Source: an uncultured virus (IMG/VR IMGVR_UViG_3300031994_000078)
Taxonomy: Duplodnaviria > Heunggongvirae > Uroviricota > Caudoviricetes
Reading direction: 5' to 3' (one strand)
Length of the DNA: 64,000 bases
Virus record (IMG/VR): IMGVR_UViG_3300031994_000078
Span: 1-64,000 of that record
Position 1 is the first letter of the stretch. Every line of letters starts with the position of its first letter. The translations under genes and the position numbers were made by a program. Under the pieces are notes generated by a model. That model saw nothing but the letters and a program-made list of their open reading frames with translations. It was not told the DNA's origin and did not search any database. This document shows, piece by piece, positions 30,134 through 38,222 of this stretch.

Positions 30134-30545
30134 GTTTCCCTAAATTCTCATTTAATTTATTTGCTCTTATATTGACCTCTTCTAATGTAGGTATTATATT
30201 TTCCTGATATAAATACTGTGCCAATGACTCTAATTGAAACATATTATCAAATGAGTCAACTAAATCTTCTATATATTTAAGCTTGTCACCTTTCATTTGA
30301 GGTTCAAGATCTGCTTTTTTACAAGCTTTCTCTTCTTCTTCTACTGCTTTATATAGCTCTTTTAAAAATAAGTCTTTTAATTTAAGAAATGCTTCCTTTC
30401 TATATTCACCTGTTATTAAAGGAATTCTATTTTGTTGGTAATATTCAGACTGTGTTGTGTCTACAATTGCTTCATTAATTGCTTCTTGTGATACTGTTCC
30501 TGTGTCTTTAATATCTTTTTCATTATTCATATTTTCATTCTCCAT
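30123..30545 (-). CDS. Hypothetical protein
   Basis: 140 aa, downstream of the promoter motif. Confidence 0.5.
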   Translation of the reverse strand: MENENMNNEKDIKDTGTVSQEAINEAIVDTTQSEYYQQNRIPLITGEYRKEAFLKLKDLFLKELYKAVEEEEKACKKADLEPQMKGDKLKYIEDLVDSFDNMFQLESLAQYLYQENIIPTLEEVNIRANKLNENLGKLEL

Positions 30546-30579
30546 AATAAATTAAATCTTATATCTATAACCTAGATAT

Positions 30580-30600
30580 AATATGATAAAAATGTCAAGG
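30580..30600 (-). promoter_or_regulatory. Compact late-promoter-like motif
   Basis: ccttgaca ttttt atcatatt. Confidence 0.7.
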
Positions 30601-30633
30601 GAAATTATTAGTATATTATTGTGGAATGCTTAT

Positions 30634-31560
30634 TTATAATGAATACTCTTTATACCATTTTGTACCATTACCTTCTCTATGTACAAATAGTCCTGAGTTC
30701 TTTGCACCGCTTTTATATTTACTTTTTTTCATATCTACTTTATCTGGACCAAGAAATATATAATTTGAAGCTTCAATGTATTCTTTAATAAGTTTACACC
30801 ATGTATGAAAATCTAAATAATTTGTTTTATATTTATCATGTCTTTTATCTGGAGTACCTTCCCACTGTTCAGTATATGCAAACGGTGGACAACAGATAAC
30901 AATTTTATCTGTTTTAACCTTCTGCGCAAGAACATCTCTTTGTGTCCAACCATAATATTTACAGAAATTTGAATTTATATCATAAGCTTCAATCTTTGGT
31001 TCCAAGTTGTGTTTCTTAAACCAACGTTTAGCTGCCTCTACAATTCCACCAAAACCTGCCATTGGAACATAAACGCCACAGCTTAAATCAATTCCGCTTT
31101 CTTTTATAACTTTCTCAACATGACTTGGTTGCATTGCTCCAACTTTCGGGGCAATTTTTGCAATTGTAAATCTCATTAATATTTCTTTTGCCAATGCAGA
31201 AGGATCTGGTTCTTCACCTTTAAGGTAATCTATATCGTATATCTTTCCAAATGCACTATATACTCTTGCTACAAAATCCTGCTCTTTACCATTTGCTTCA
31301 AGTTTATGCATTATATAGTAAAGATTATCAATAGCTTTCATCATTGATTTCCAATCATACCATGCTTGCTTCGGAGAAAATTTACCTTCAGTATGGCAAT
31401 CCCAGATTGGATGGTTGGGAGGATATTTTTTTGTTCCAGGGAATTCCATACCATTAAAATAAGTTTCATATAAATCAGTGCTGTTAACTCCCCAAAGAAA
31501 CTCTTCTGGATGTTCCTTCTCATACTCTTCTAACCATTTTCTATCTTCATATATTCCCAT
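30634..31560 (-). CDS. SAM-dependent DNA amino-methyltransferase-like protein
   Basis: Motif I-like VYVPMAGFGG, motif II AYDIN, motif IV variant CPPF. Confidence 0.55.
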   Translation of the reverse strand: MGIYEDRKWLEEYEKEHPEEFLWGVNSTDLYETYFNGMEFPGTKKYPPNHPIWDCHTEGKFSPKQAWYDWKSMMKAIDNLYYIMHKLEANGKEQDFVARVYSAFGKIYDIDYLKGEEPDPSALAKEILMRFTIAKIAPKVGAMQPSHVEKVIKESGIDLSCGVYVPMAGFGGIVEAAKRWFKKHNLEPKIEAYDINSNFCKYYGWTQRDVLAQKVKTDKIVICCPPFAYTEQWEGTPDKRHDKYKTNYLDFHTWCKLIKEYIEASNYIFLGPDKVDMKKSKYKSGAKNSGLFVHREGNGTKWYKEYSL

Positions 31561-31591
31561 ACTACTTTCTCCTTCTCTTTATTCTATTCCT

Positions 31592-31620
31592 ATTATAGTA
31601 AATTAAACTTAAGAAGTCAA
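31592..31620 (-). promoter_or_regulatory. sigma70-type promoter
   Basis: TTGACT-N17-TATAAT upstream of the MTase-like gene. Confidence 0.7.
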
Positions 31621-32844
31621 CCAATCTTTAAGTTCGTCTAGCGTATAAAATATCTTATAATTTAAATTATTTTTCTTAAAACATTCCAACTTTCTTACGT
31701 CTAAATCTGTCCAAGTGTAAATAAGTTGCTTGTATTTATTATTCCTTTTAAATTTATTAGCATGTAATTTAATATCTTCAAGTTCTTTTAAATGCTCAAT
31801 ATTATTTTTGTCAAAAGGCTTCCCATTATGAAAAAATCCAAAATGACATTCTATATAAAGATCTTTTTCGGGTATATAAAAGTCACACTTAAATGGATAC
31901 TTCTCAGATTTATACTGAAATATTACTTCTTTAAATTTTTGTTGTAACATTTTATATGCGTGCTTCTCAAGTTTAGAACTATTAAATGTATGATTACGTT
32001 TTTGAGTTTGATAACGTTTTTCTTGTATCTCTGGTAATCTAGCTTTATACTCAGCACTTTCGCTATAACTCTCAACACCATATTTCTTTTTAAAAGTTTC
32101 TTTTCTTTTTGCTAAAATTTTATTAAATTTCTTTTTATAAACATCACTCTGTTCATAATATTCTGTACCATATTTCTCTAAACACGTCTGTTTATATTTA
32201 TCTTTAAAATCTTTAAGTCTGTCTCTATAATCTTTACTTTTAGTATAATGATCTACTCCATACTTTTCTAAACAAGTCTGCTTCACTCTATTTTTATATT
32301 CATCTGTCTGTGTATAACTTTCCTTACCAAACTTCTTTATATTGGTTTGTTTAACTTTTTCTTTAAATTCTTTAGTTTTACTATAATTATCAACCCTAAA
32401 TTTCTTCAAGTACGCTTGTTTCTTTTTATCTTTCACAACACCGCTTTGATTTGGACTATCTGTATTATATTTCTGTTTCCAAGTTTCTAAAACTTTCTGA
32501 TGTACGTTTTTATCCTGTAAAGTACAACTTACACCATAACGTTCTATATTCGTTGCTATTCTTTTCTTTATAGACTCACTTTGTGCAGAATGCTTTCCAG
32601 AACACTCACGACTACAGAAATCTTTATAATGATGTTTTCTATCAAAAACAATTTTTGTTCCACACTGTTTACAAAAAAACTGTTTATCTAAGTCTATATT
32701 ATTCTTTAAACGGAAGCATAACTCGTGAATTGTTAAATTATATTTAAATAATACTTCTTTAACATCACCTGTTAAGAAATTTTGTTCTATATACTTTAAA
32801 TTATATTTTTTAGTTTGTTTTAAAAATTCAATCAATTTTTTCAT
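31609..32844 (-). CDS. Free-standing homing-type endonuclease with 23-aa repeats and PD-(D/E)XK/Vsr-like domain
   Basis: CKQCG/FCSREC, 7 repeats, YPFKCDFYIPEKDLYIECH. Adjacent to the major capsid gene. Confidence 0.7.
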   Translation of the reverse strand: MKKLIEFLKQTKKYNLKYIEQNFLTGDVKEVLFKYNLTIHELCFRLKNNIDLDKQFFCKQCGTKIVFDRKHHYKDFCSRECSGKHSAQSESIKKRIATNIERYGVSCTLQDKNVHQKVLETWKQKYNTDSPNQSGVVKDKKKQAYLKKFRVDNYSKTKEFKEKVKQTNIKKFGKESYTQTDEYKNRVKQTCLEKYGVDHYTKSKDYRDRLKDFKDKYKQTCLEKYGTEYYEQSDVYKKKFNKILAKRKETFKKKYGVESYSESAEYKARLPEIQEKRYQTQKRNHTFNSSKLEKHAYKMLQQKFKEVIFQYKSEKYPFKCDFYIPEKDLYIECHFGFFHNGKPFDKNNIEHLKELEDIKLHANKFKRNNKYKQLIYTWTDLDVRKLECFKKNNLNYKIFYTLDELKDWLTS

Positions 32845-32850
32845 ATTTAA

Positions 32851-32879
32851 ATTTTAACACACTATAATTAATTTGTCAA
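32851..32879 (-). promoter_or_regulatory. sigma70-type promoter, probable leaderless transcript
   Basis: TTGACA-N17-TAAAAT with extended TG, 6 nt before the ATG. Confidence 0.7.
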
Positions 32880-32886
32880 TAGAAAT

Positions 32887-32924
32887 AAAAAAAAAAGCTA
32901 CCGAGGAATCCTCGGTAGCTTTTT
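32887..32924 (-). terminator. Intrinsic terminator after the major capsid gene (possibly bidirectional)
   Basis: AGCTACCGAGG-ATT-CCTCGGTAGCT stem followed by about T10. Confidence 0.9.
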
Positions 32925-32937
32925 AATACTAAACTAA

Positions 32938-33915
32938 TTAAGCTAAGTTTCTTACTCTTCCAGATACACCAGCACAGTTATAAATTCCCATGCCGATTAT
33001 TTCGTAAGGAATTATATCATACTGAAGTAAAGGAATGTTATCAAATATAGAAACTTCAACAGCTTTTCTTTCCGGCAATCTTCCGAGTTTATCTGGAGTT
33101 GTCAATGTAAATACTGGCTGTTGGTTTTTACCATTTGCATCATAACCATAGTTTTTATCAAGTCTTGTAGAAGCAATAGCTCTGACACCAAATATAGAAC
33201 CAAAGTTTCCTGTTTCCAATTGGATGTTCAAAGATACTGGATCCAAATCTTGAGAATCCCATTTCAATATATCTGCATATGTTTTTGCACCTAGCAAATA
33301 CGTTTTAGCAATCAACTGTCTTTCAGTTATATCACCAAACATTTCTGCAAAATCTGCTTTTGCAATTGTAGTTGTAGTAGAACCATATGTAGCCATTGCA
33401 GCTGGGTTAGGATTTTTAACTGCTGCTGATTTAACCAAATCAAATATCATGTCATCTTCAGCTATAGCCATAGATATTGCAGCTCTTTCTTTTGCTCTGT
33501 CGAATACAGGATATTTTCTTACAGCTAATTCTTGTTTCTTAATAACTTCATTTACTGTAACTTCAAACGTAGGAATACCAATTCTCTTGATGCCTTGTTC
33601 AAATACTGGAGCTTGTCCTCTAGCAGCCATTTTAACAGCACCAAATTCTGGCATATCCATATCGTATACAGGAATATCTCCAGTAGGTATTGTGTCAACC
33701 ATCAAAAGTTTTCTACCAACACCAACATAATCCAATCTCGTTTTCAACGGACCAGACAAAGCGAAAGCTATTCTTTGATATCCGCCTGGTGCATTCCAGT
33801 ACATGTTAAATTTTTGTTCTTTTGCTTCCATTGATACAGGAGCAGCTGCATTAACTGAAGCTTTTCTTGCTAATGCTGTATCGCCCCATAATGATATATT
33901 ATCTATTGTACCCAT
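32938..33915 (-). CDS. Major capsid protein (HK97-like fold)
   Basis: 325 aa, after protease/scaffold/decoration genes, with a strong RBS and terminator. LDYVGVGRKLLMVD...AIAEDD pattern typical of large-phage MCPs. Confidence 0.85.
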   Translation of the reverse strand: MGTIDNISLWGDTALARKASVNAAAPVSMEAKEQKFNMYWNAPGGYQRIAFALSGPLKTRLDYVGVGRKLLMVDTIPTGDIPVYDMDMPEFGAVKMAARGQAPVFEQGIKRIGIPTFEVTVNEVIKKQELAVRKYPVFDRAKERAAISMAIAEDDMIFDLVKSAAVKNPNPAAMATYGSTTTTIAKADFAEMFGDITERQLIAKTYLLGAKTYADILKWDSQDLDPVSLNIQLETGNFGSIFGVRAIASTRLDKNYGYDANGKNQQPVFTLTTPDKLGRLPERKAVEVSIFDNIPLLQYDIIPYEIIGMGIYNCAGVSGRVRNLA

Positions 33916-33948
33916 GATTTATTATCTCCTTTTAAAATTTTTAAATTA

Positions 33949-34455
33949 TTACTTTATGAAAACTTGTATTTCTTTTCCGTCTGCAGATACAGCAAGCAAC
34001 GTACCGAATCCAGAACCTTCTCCTGCTACAGTTATGTTTCCACTTGCATCAGAAGCTAAAGCTACGCCTAATGTAGTATCTGGAGTTATTGCACTTGTAT
34101 CAATAGCTGTGAATGCAACAACGTCTCCATCACCTTTCGTATATTCAAAGTTTTTAACACTGTATACACCAAACATACAAGCTGTTATTTTCTTTGAACC
34201 GAAAATACCCCATCCGTTATCAGAAACTTCATTTACATTTGCTTCAACATTTATAGATTCTTTTGCCAATCCATAAACTGTAGAAGAAGCATTTGCCAAT
34301 ACCAAACCTACTGAAGTATTTTCCAAGCATTGACCTGCGATTACTGCTGTTCCGTTGAAAACTTTAGTACCATCTTCTATCGTATTAGGAAATAAAGGTG
34401 ATATACCAAAGTCGGTTGTTAAATTATCTTCTTGAACTGAATACATTATACCCAT
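33949..34455 (-). CDS. Probable capsid decoration/cement protein
   Basis: 168 aa, G/A/T/V-rich beta protein directly upstream of MCP, with a near-identical translation initiation region. Confidence 0.6.
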   Translation of the reverse strand: MGIMYSVQEDNLTTDFGISPLFPNTIEDGTKVFNGTAVIAGQCLENTSVGLVLANASSTVYGLAKESINVEANVNEVSDNGWGIFGSKKITACMFGVYSVKNFEYTKGDGDVVAFTAIDTSAITPDTTLGVALASDASGNITVAGEGSGFGTLLAVSADGKEIQVFIK

Positions 34456-34488
34456 GATTTATTTTCTCCTTTTAAATTTTTAAATTGC

Positions 34489-35694
34489 TTATTCAAACAA
34501 TTTATCTAAACCTGTATCTGTTCCACCACTATATTGGGAAAATATTTGTGGAATGTTTTGTCCAGGCATTCTTTTTGATGCTTTTACTTCTGTGAAATCT
34601 ACAACTTCTTCTTTTTTATTATCTTTCTTTGCTTCTCCACCGAAAAGACCTGCTACATCTTTATCAGCTTTTTCTCCATCAGAAAGTTTTACAATTTCTT
34701 TTACAACATCTAATACAACTTTCAAAGCTTTTTCATCTGCTTTTACAAGTTTATCTTTGAAAACATTTTCTTTTTGTACTTTAACTACTTTCTTGATTTC
34801 AGAGATAATTGCATTGATGTCTTTATCTTTGTTACCATTTGAAATTTCTTCTTTCATGTTCTTATTTTCATCTTCAAGTTTCTTTACTTCTTTATCAGCA
34901 TTTTCTTTTTCTTTTTTCATTTCATCTAATTCAGCTGACAATTTAAGAAATTGTTCTTTCAATGAAGATTGTCTATTAATAGATTCTACTGCGTCTCCAC
35001 CACCATTTCCTGGCAATCTACCAAAATATGATTTAACTGGGGAAGAAACCGCACCAGCATCTTTAACACCTTTACCAGCATCTGCTTTAGCTTCTTTTTC
35101 ATTTACTGAAACTATTGCACCTTCAGTTGCTTTTGCTGGTTTATTTTTACCATCTTCTTCTTTATTAAATGTAAATACCGTTTCATCTTCTTTTGCTGCT
35201 TCTTTCTTTATAGAAGCTTTTTTAACCATTTCTGCATGACTTGCAGAAGCTTCTTTACAGAATTGTTTAAAACCTTCAAAATCTTTACATACAGAAGCAA
35301 TCTGTTTTGCAATAACTTCTGGCGTAGGTACACCTGCTTTTTTATAAATTGCGTCTACGTCAACTTTTGCAAATTCAATTTTATCTTCTACTTTTTCTTC
35401 TACTTTTTCCATCTCTTCATGACCTTTAGCTTCTTGAATATCTTCTTTAACACTATCTAATTTAGCTTCTGCTTCATTTAAATTTTCAATAGCTTTATCT
35501 TCAGTTACTGGAGTACCTTCAACTTTATTTTCAGCTTCAACTTTATTTATTTCTTCCTCAGCTGCTTCAATTTTCTTTTGCATATCCAAAGGCAAAACTT
35601 CTGAAGCACTTATAACTTTAACATCTTTACCTTCTCTTCCAATAAAGAAAGAATCAGCAAATGACTTACCTGCTTTATAAAATAACTCAAACAT
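34489..35694 (-). CDS. Probable capsid scaffolding protein
   Basis: E/K-rich coiled coil upstream of the decoration and MCP genes. Confidence 0.6.
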   Translation of the reverse strand: MFELFYKAGKSFADSFFIGREGKDVKVISASEVLPLDMQKKIEAAEEEINKVEAENKVEGTPVTEDKAIENLNEAEAKLDSVKEDIQEAKGHEEMEKVEEKVEDKIEFAKVDVDAIYKKAGVPTPEVIAKQIASVCKDFEGFKQFCKEASASHAEMVKKASIKKEAAKEDETVFTFNKEEDGKNKPAKATEGAIVSVNEKEAKADAGKGVKDAGAVSSPVKSYFGRLPGNGGGDAVESINRQSSLKEQFLKLSAELDEMKKEKENADKEVKKLEDENKNMKEEISNGNKDKDINAIISEIKKVVKVQKENVFKDKLVKADEKALKVVLDVVKEIVKLSDGEKADKDVAGLFGGEAKKDNKKEEVVDFTEVKASKRMPGQNIPQIFSQYSGGTDTGLDKLFE

Positions 35695-35811
35695 TATTAT
35701 TCTCCTATTTTAATTAAATTTTAATATAATTTAGACCATATAAAATAATTTCTATTACCTTTCTACTATTCTCTGTTCTTTTTTCTTCTTTGTTCTAGAT
35801 TTTCTATTATT

Positions 35812-36507
35812 TTATAATGATTCAAATGTATTTTGTAATTCTTCTATATATTCTTTTTTAGAATTTGTTTTTGGTAAATTAACAACATAACTCATTTTTT
35901 GTAATGAACCATTGTCTTTCACAAATACTTCCCCAACGGTTTCATCTTCTTTAGAAGCCTTTACATAAATTCCTGGAAATACTTCTACAGAAGCTTTCTT
36001 ATCAACTATTTCTTCATCAACTTCATCTAATACGCCTTCTGTAAATGAAGTAGGAGCTTTATTACCTCCACCCTTACCTACATCTGGTGATACTGTTTTT
36101 AAACCTTCCAATACTTTAGGTGATATACTTTTTACCTTCTCTTGAATCTTAGTTGCCATTGATTTTTCAAATAAAGAAAAATCATTACTAAATTCAGAAC
36201 GAAGTTTATCATCTATTATTCTATCTAAAATTCTTTTTACTTTATTTTCAACTGCCTTTTCAATCATATCATCAACATCTGCAAACATACCTACAAGGTT
36301 CAAACCTTTTTCTTTTGGTTTGCTCGCACCTTTATCTGCTACATTTGTTTCTTTATTTGGTGCATCACCTTCAGCAGCAGATATAAAAGACTTCTCAGCA
36401 GTCCTTTCTATTTGTTTTGTATCAAAATTTATATTAGGTGCTTTTTCACCTTTATCTTTCCAATAATTTGAATAATGTTGCGCTAATCTATTAAATTGAT
36501 CAGCCAT
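35812..36507 (-). CDS. Hypothetical head-cluster protein
   Basis: 231 aa, GGAGG RBS. Confidence 0.55.
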   Translation of the reverse strand: MADQFNRLAQHYSNYWKDKGEKAPNINFDTKQIERTAEKSFISAAEGDAPNKETNVADKGASKPKEKGLNLVGMFADVDDMIEKAVENKVKRILDRIIDDKLRSEFSNDFSLFEKSMATKIQEKVKSISPKVLEGLKTVSPDVGKGGGNKAPTSFTEGVLDEVDEEIVDKKASVEVFPGIYVKASKEDETVGEVFVKDNGSLQKMSYVVNLPKTNSKKEYIEELQNTFESL

Positions 36508-36543
36508 AGTTCCTCCAAAAAAGATACTTATATATAAGTACTC

Positions 36544-36564
36544 AATATGATATTTTTGTCAAGG
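36544..36564 (-). promoter_or_regulatory. Compact late-promoter-like motif
   Basis: ccttgaca aaaat atcatatt. Confidence 0.7.
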
Positions 36565-36573
36565 GTACTTAAT

Positions 36574-37338
36574 TTATTTCATATTTTTTGCCATAACATT
36601 TAAAGCTTGAATTAATGTATTGATTACTTCTTTATCGTAATGTCCTTCTTTTATTTTATCTTTATTTTGTGCATAAACTTGGAATATTCTAGCTGTATCA
36701 TCGGCGGGAGTTTCTACTATACTATCTTCACAGAAACATAAACCATAATTAATCTCTGCACCATACTCATTAGTTGAAGCATTTATAAGTTTACCTTTAC
36801 AGTAATGCATATCATTTGGATTCATATGTTCACATAACCCTTCAAGTGTAGTTGTATAATTACCACAAATACAACATTTAGCAGCTCCTGCAAATGTACC
36901 CATTGAAGTACCTGAAACCAAACCTGACTCTACTCTATGTAATAAACCAGGATACTTTTGTTCTGCTAACTGCCTATCTACTGCACATAACAATTCAACA
37001 TATGCGTGTTTTTGTGCAGGCTCAACAAAATTAGCATCTAAAATTATTCCCATAGAATTGTTTGGATCGTCTGAATTATGATTATAAAATACACCTTTAC
37101 CAATAAATGAAGAATATGCTTTTTTAACTTCATCGTATGGAAATATATCACCATTAGCATTTCTTTCATCACACGTAATTGCTCTGTTGCGGTAGTACAA
37201 ATAATTTTCAGGGTCAAATTCAAATGCTTTTATTACATTCTTTGATGCTTGTCTATTAAAACCATACCAACCTTCAAGCATATCGTTGGCTGATTTATAA
37301 ACTTCAATCGGTTCCATCATACATAATCTTTTAAACAT
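36574..37338 (-). CDS. Prohead maturation protease
   Basis: NANGD.F...SFIGKGVFYNH...G.ILDA...GTSMGT...CCICG...EDSIVETPAD pattern. Confidence 0.75.
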   Translation of the reverse strand: MFKRLCMMEPIEVYKSANDMLEGWYGFNRQASKNVIKAFEFDPENYLYYRNRAITCDERNANGDIFPYDEVKKAYSSFIGKGVFYNHNSDDPNNSMGIILDANFVEPAQKHAYVELLCAVDRQLAEQKYPGLLHRVESGLVSGTSMGTFAGAAKCCICGNYTTTLEGLCEHMNPNDMHYCKGKLINASTNEYGAEINYGLCFCEDSIVETPADDTARIFQVYAQNKDKIKEGHYDKEVINTLIQALNVMAKNMK

Positions 37339-37690
37339 TATCTTCTCCTATACTAAAATCTGGATATTTTTCATTAAACATATCTATTAATTGTTTATCT
37401 TCTTTAGCTAACTGTTTTGCATTTTTAGGTAAAGTTAAATCTTCTTCCAAACAAACTTTTAAATATTCTTTTAACAATTCTTTATTCGTAATCTTATCTA
37501 ACAATGCCTGATCTACATCAAGTCTATGTTTTATACACATACTTAAATAATCTTCAAGTAACTTCTGATCACTTACCTTTTCAATTAAATAATCAATTGA
37601 ACTATAAAAAGGTTGATCTTCTTTTATACTATTATTTAACAATTGTTCTGCTTCATTATATTGATTAGATTTTATAAACCATCCAGACAT
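37331..37690 (-). CDS. Hypothetical protein with MSGWFIKS leader
   Basis: 119 aa; shared N-terminal motif. Confidence 0.55.
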   Translation of the reverse strand: MSGWFIKSNQYNEAEQLLNNSIKEDQPFYSSIDYLIEKVSDQKLLEDYLSMCIKHRLDVDQALLDKITNKELLKEYLKVCLEEDLTLPKNAKQLAKEDKQLIDMFNEKYPDFSIGEDNV

Positions 37691-37825
37691 TTATTTATCC
37701 TTACATTCTTTAGACTTTTTTTCTTCCTCTTCTTCTTTTTTAACTTTATCTATATCAACAACTGCTTTAACTTTTTTTAACACATTCATTGGTGTTACTA
37801 CACCAGATCTTTTAAACATATTCAT
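37691..37825 (-). CDS. Small hypothetical protein (44 aa, not in ORF track)
   Basis: AAGGAG RBS; MNMFKRSGVVTPMNVLKKVKAVVDIDKVKKEEEEEKKSKECKDK*; abuts the next ATG. Confidence 0.5.
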   Translation of the reverse strand: MNMFKRSGVVTPMNVLKKVKAVVDIDKVKKEEEEEKKSKECKDK

Positions 37826-37837
37826 TTCTCCTTTATT

Positions 37838-38222
37838 TTATTGTCCAAGTCCACTAAGTGCATCTCCAATATCTACACCACCTTCTTCCATATAAGAATT
37901 AAGCCACTGTAAAAATTGTGTTTTTGTATAAAAAAACCTTATAATTTAAATTATTTTTCTTCGCAATTTCAAGCTTTAATGGATCTCTAACTGTCCAAAT
38001 CTTAATCGCATCAATATACGATGACTTCTTCTCACCTTTAAAATTAATTTCTTCTGATTCTTTATCTAAAGATATATTGTGCTTTAATCTATAACAAAGT
38101 TCTTCAAATGTAAATTTATATTTTCTTAAAATTTCTTGTATATCTTGTGATAAATACTTCGGTAGCATAGCAGATATTCTTAGTGATTTATGTGATTTTA
38201 TATATTGTAATAATTTCTGCAT
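37838..38222 (-). pseudogene. Decayed repeat-endonuclease paralog (internal deletion + frameshift)
   Basis: N-terminus matches paralogs (LCYRLKHNISLDK), then jumps to the C-terminus (AIKIWTVRDPLKLE). Removing one T from the T7 run (37930-37936) restores YKVFYTKTQFLQWL, matching the paralog YKIFYTLDELKDWL. Confidence 0.8.

Noticed and set aside
32895..32904. AGCTACCGA shared between the MCP terminator and the omegaRNA 5' end
   Set aside because: Only 9 nt with no further similarity; likely coincidence.
34553..35239. 228-aa + strand ORF, and similar + strand ORFs at 28602, 33803, 33449, 46246 and elsewhere
   Set aside because: Antisense shadows of E/K-rich minus-strand genes (S/F/L-rich, no RBS). 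Only tnpB is a credible + strand gene.
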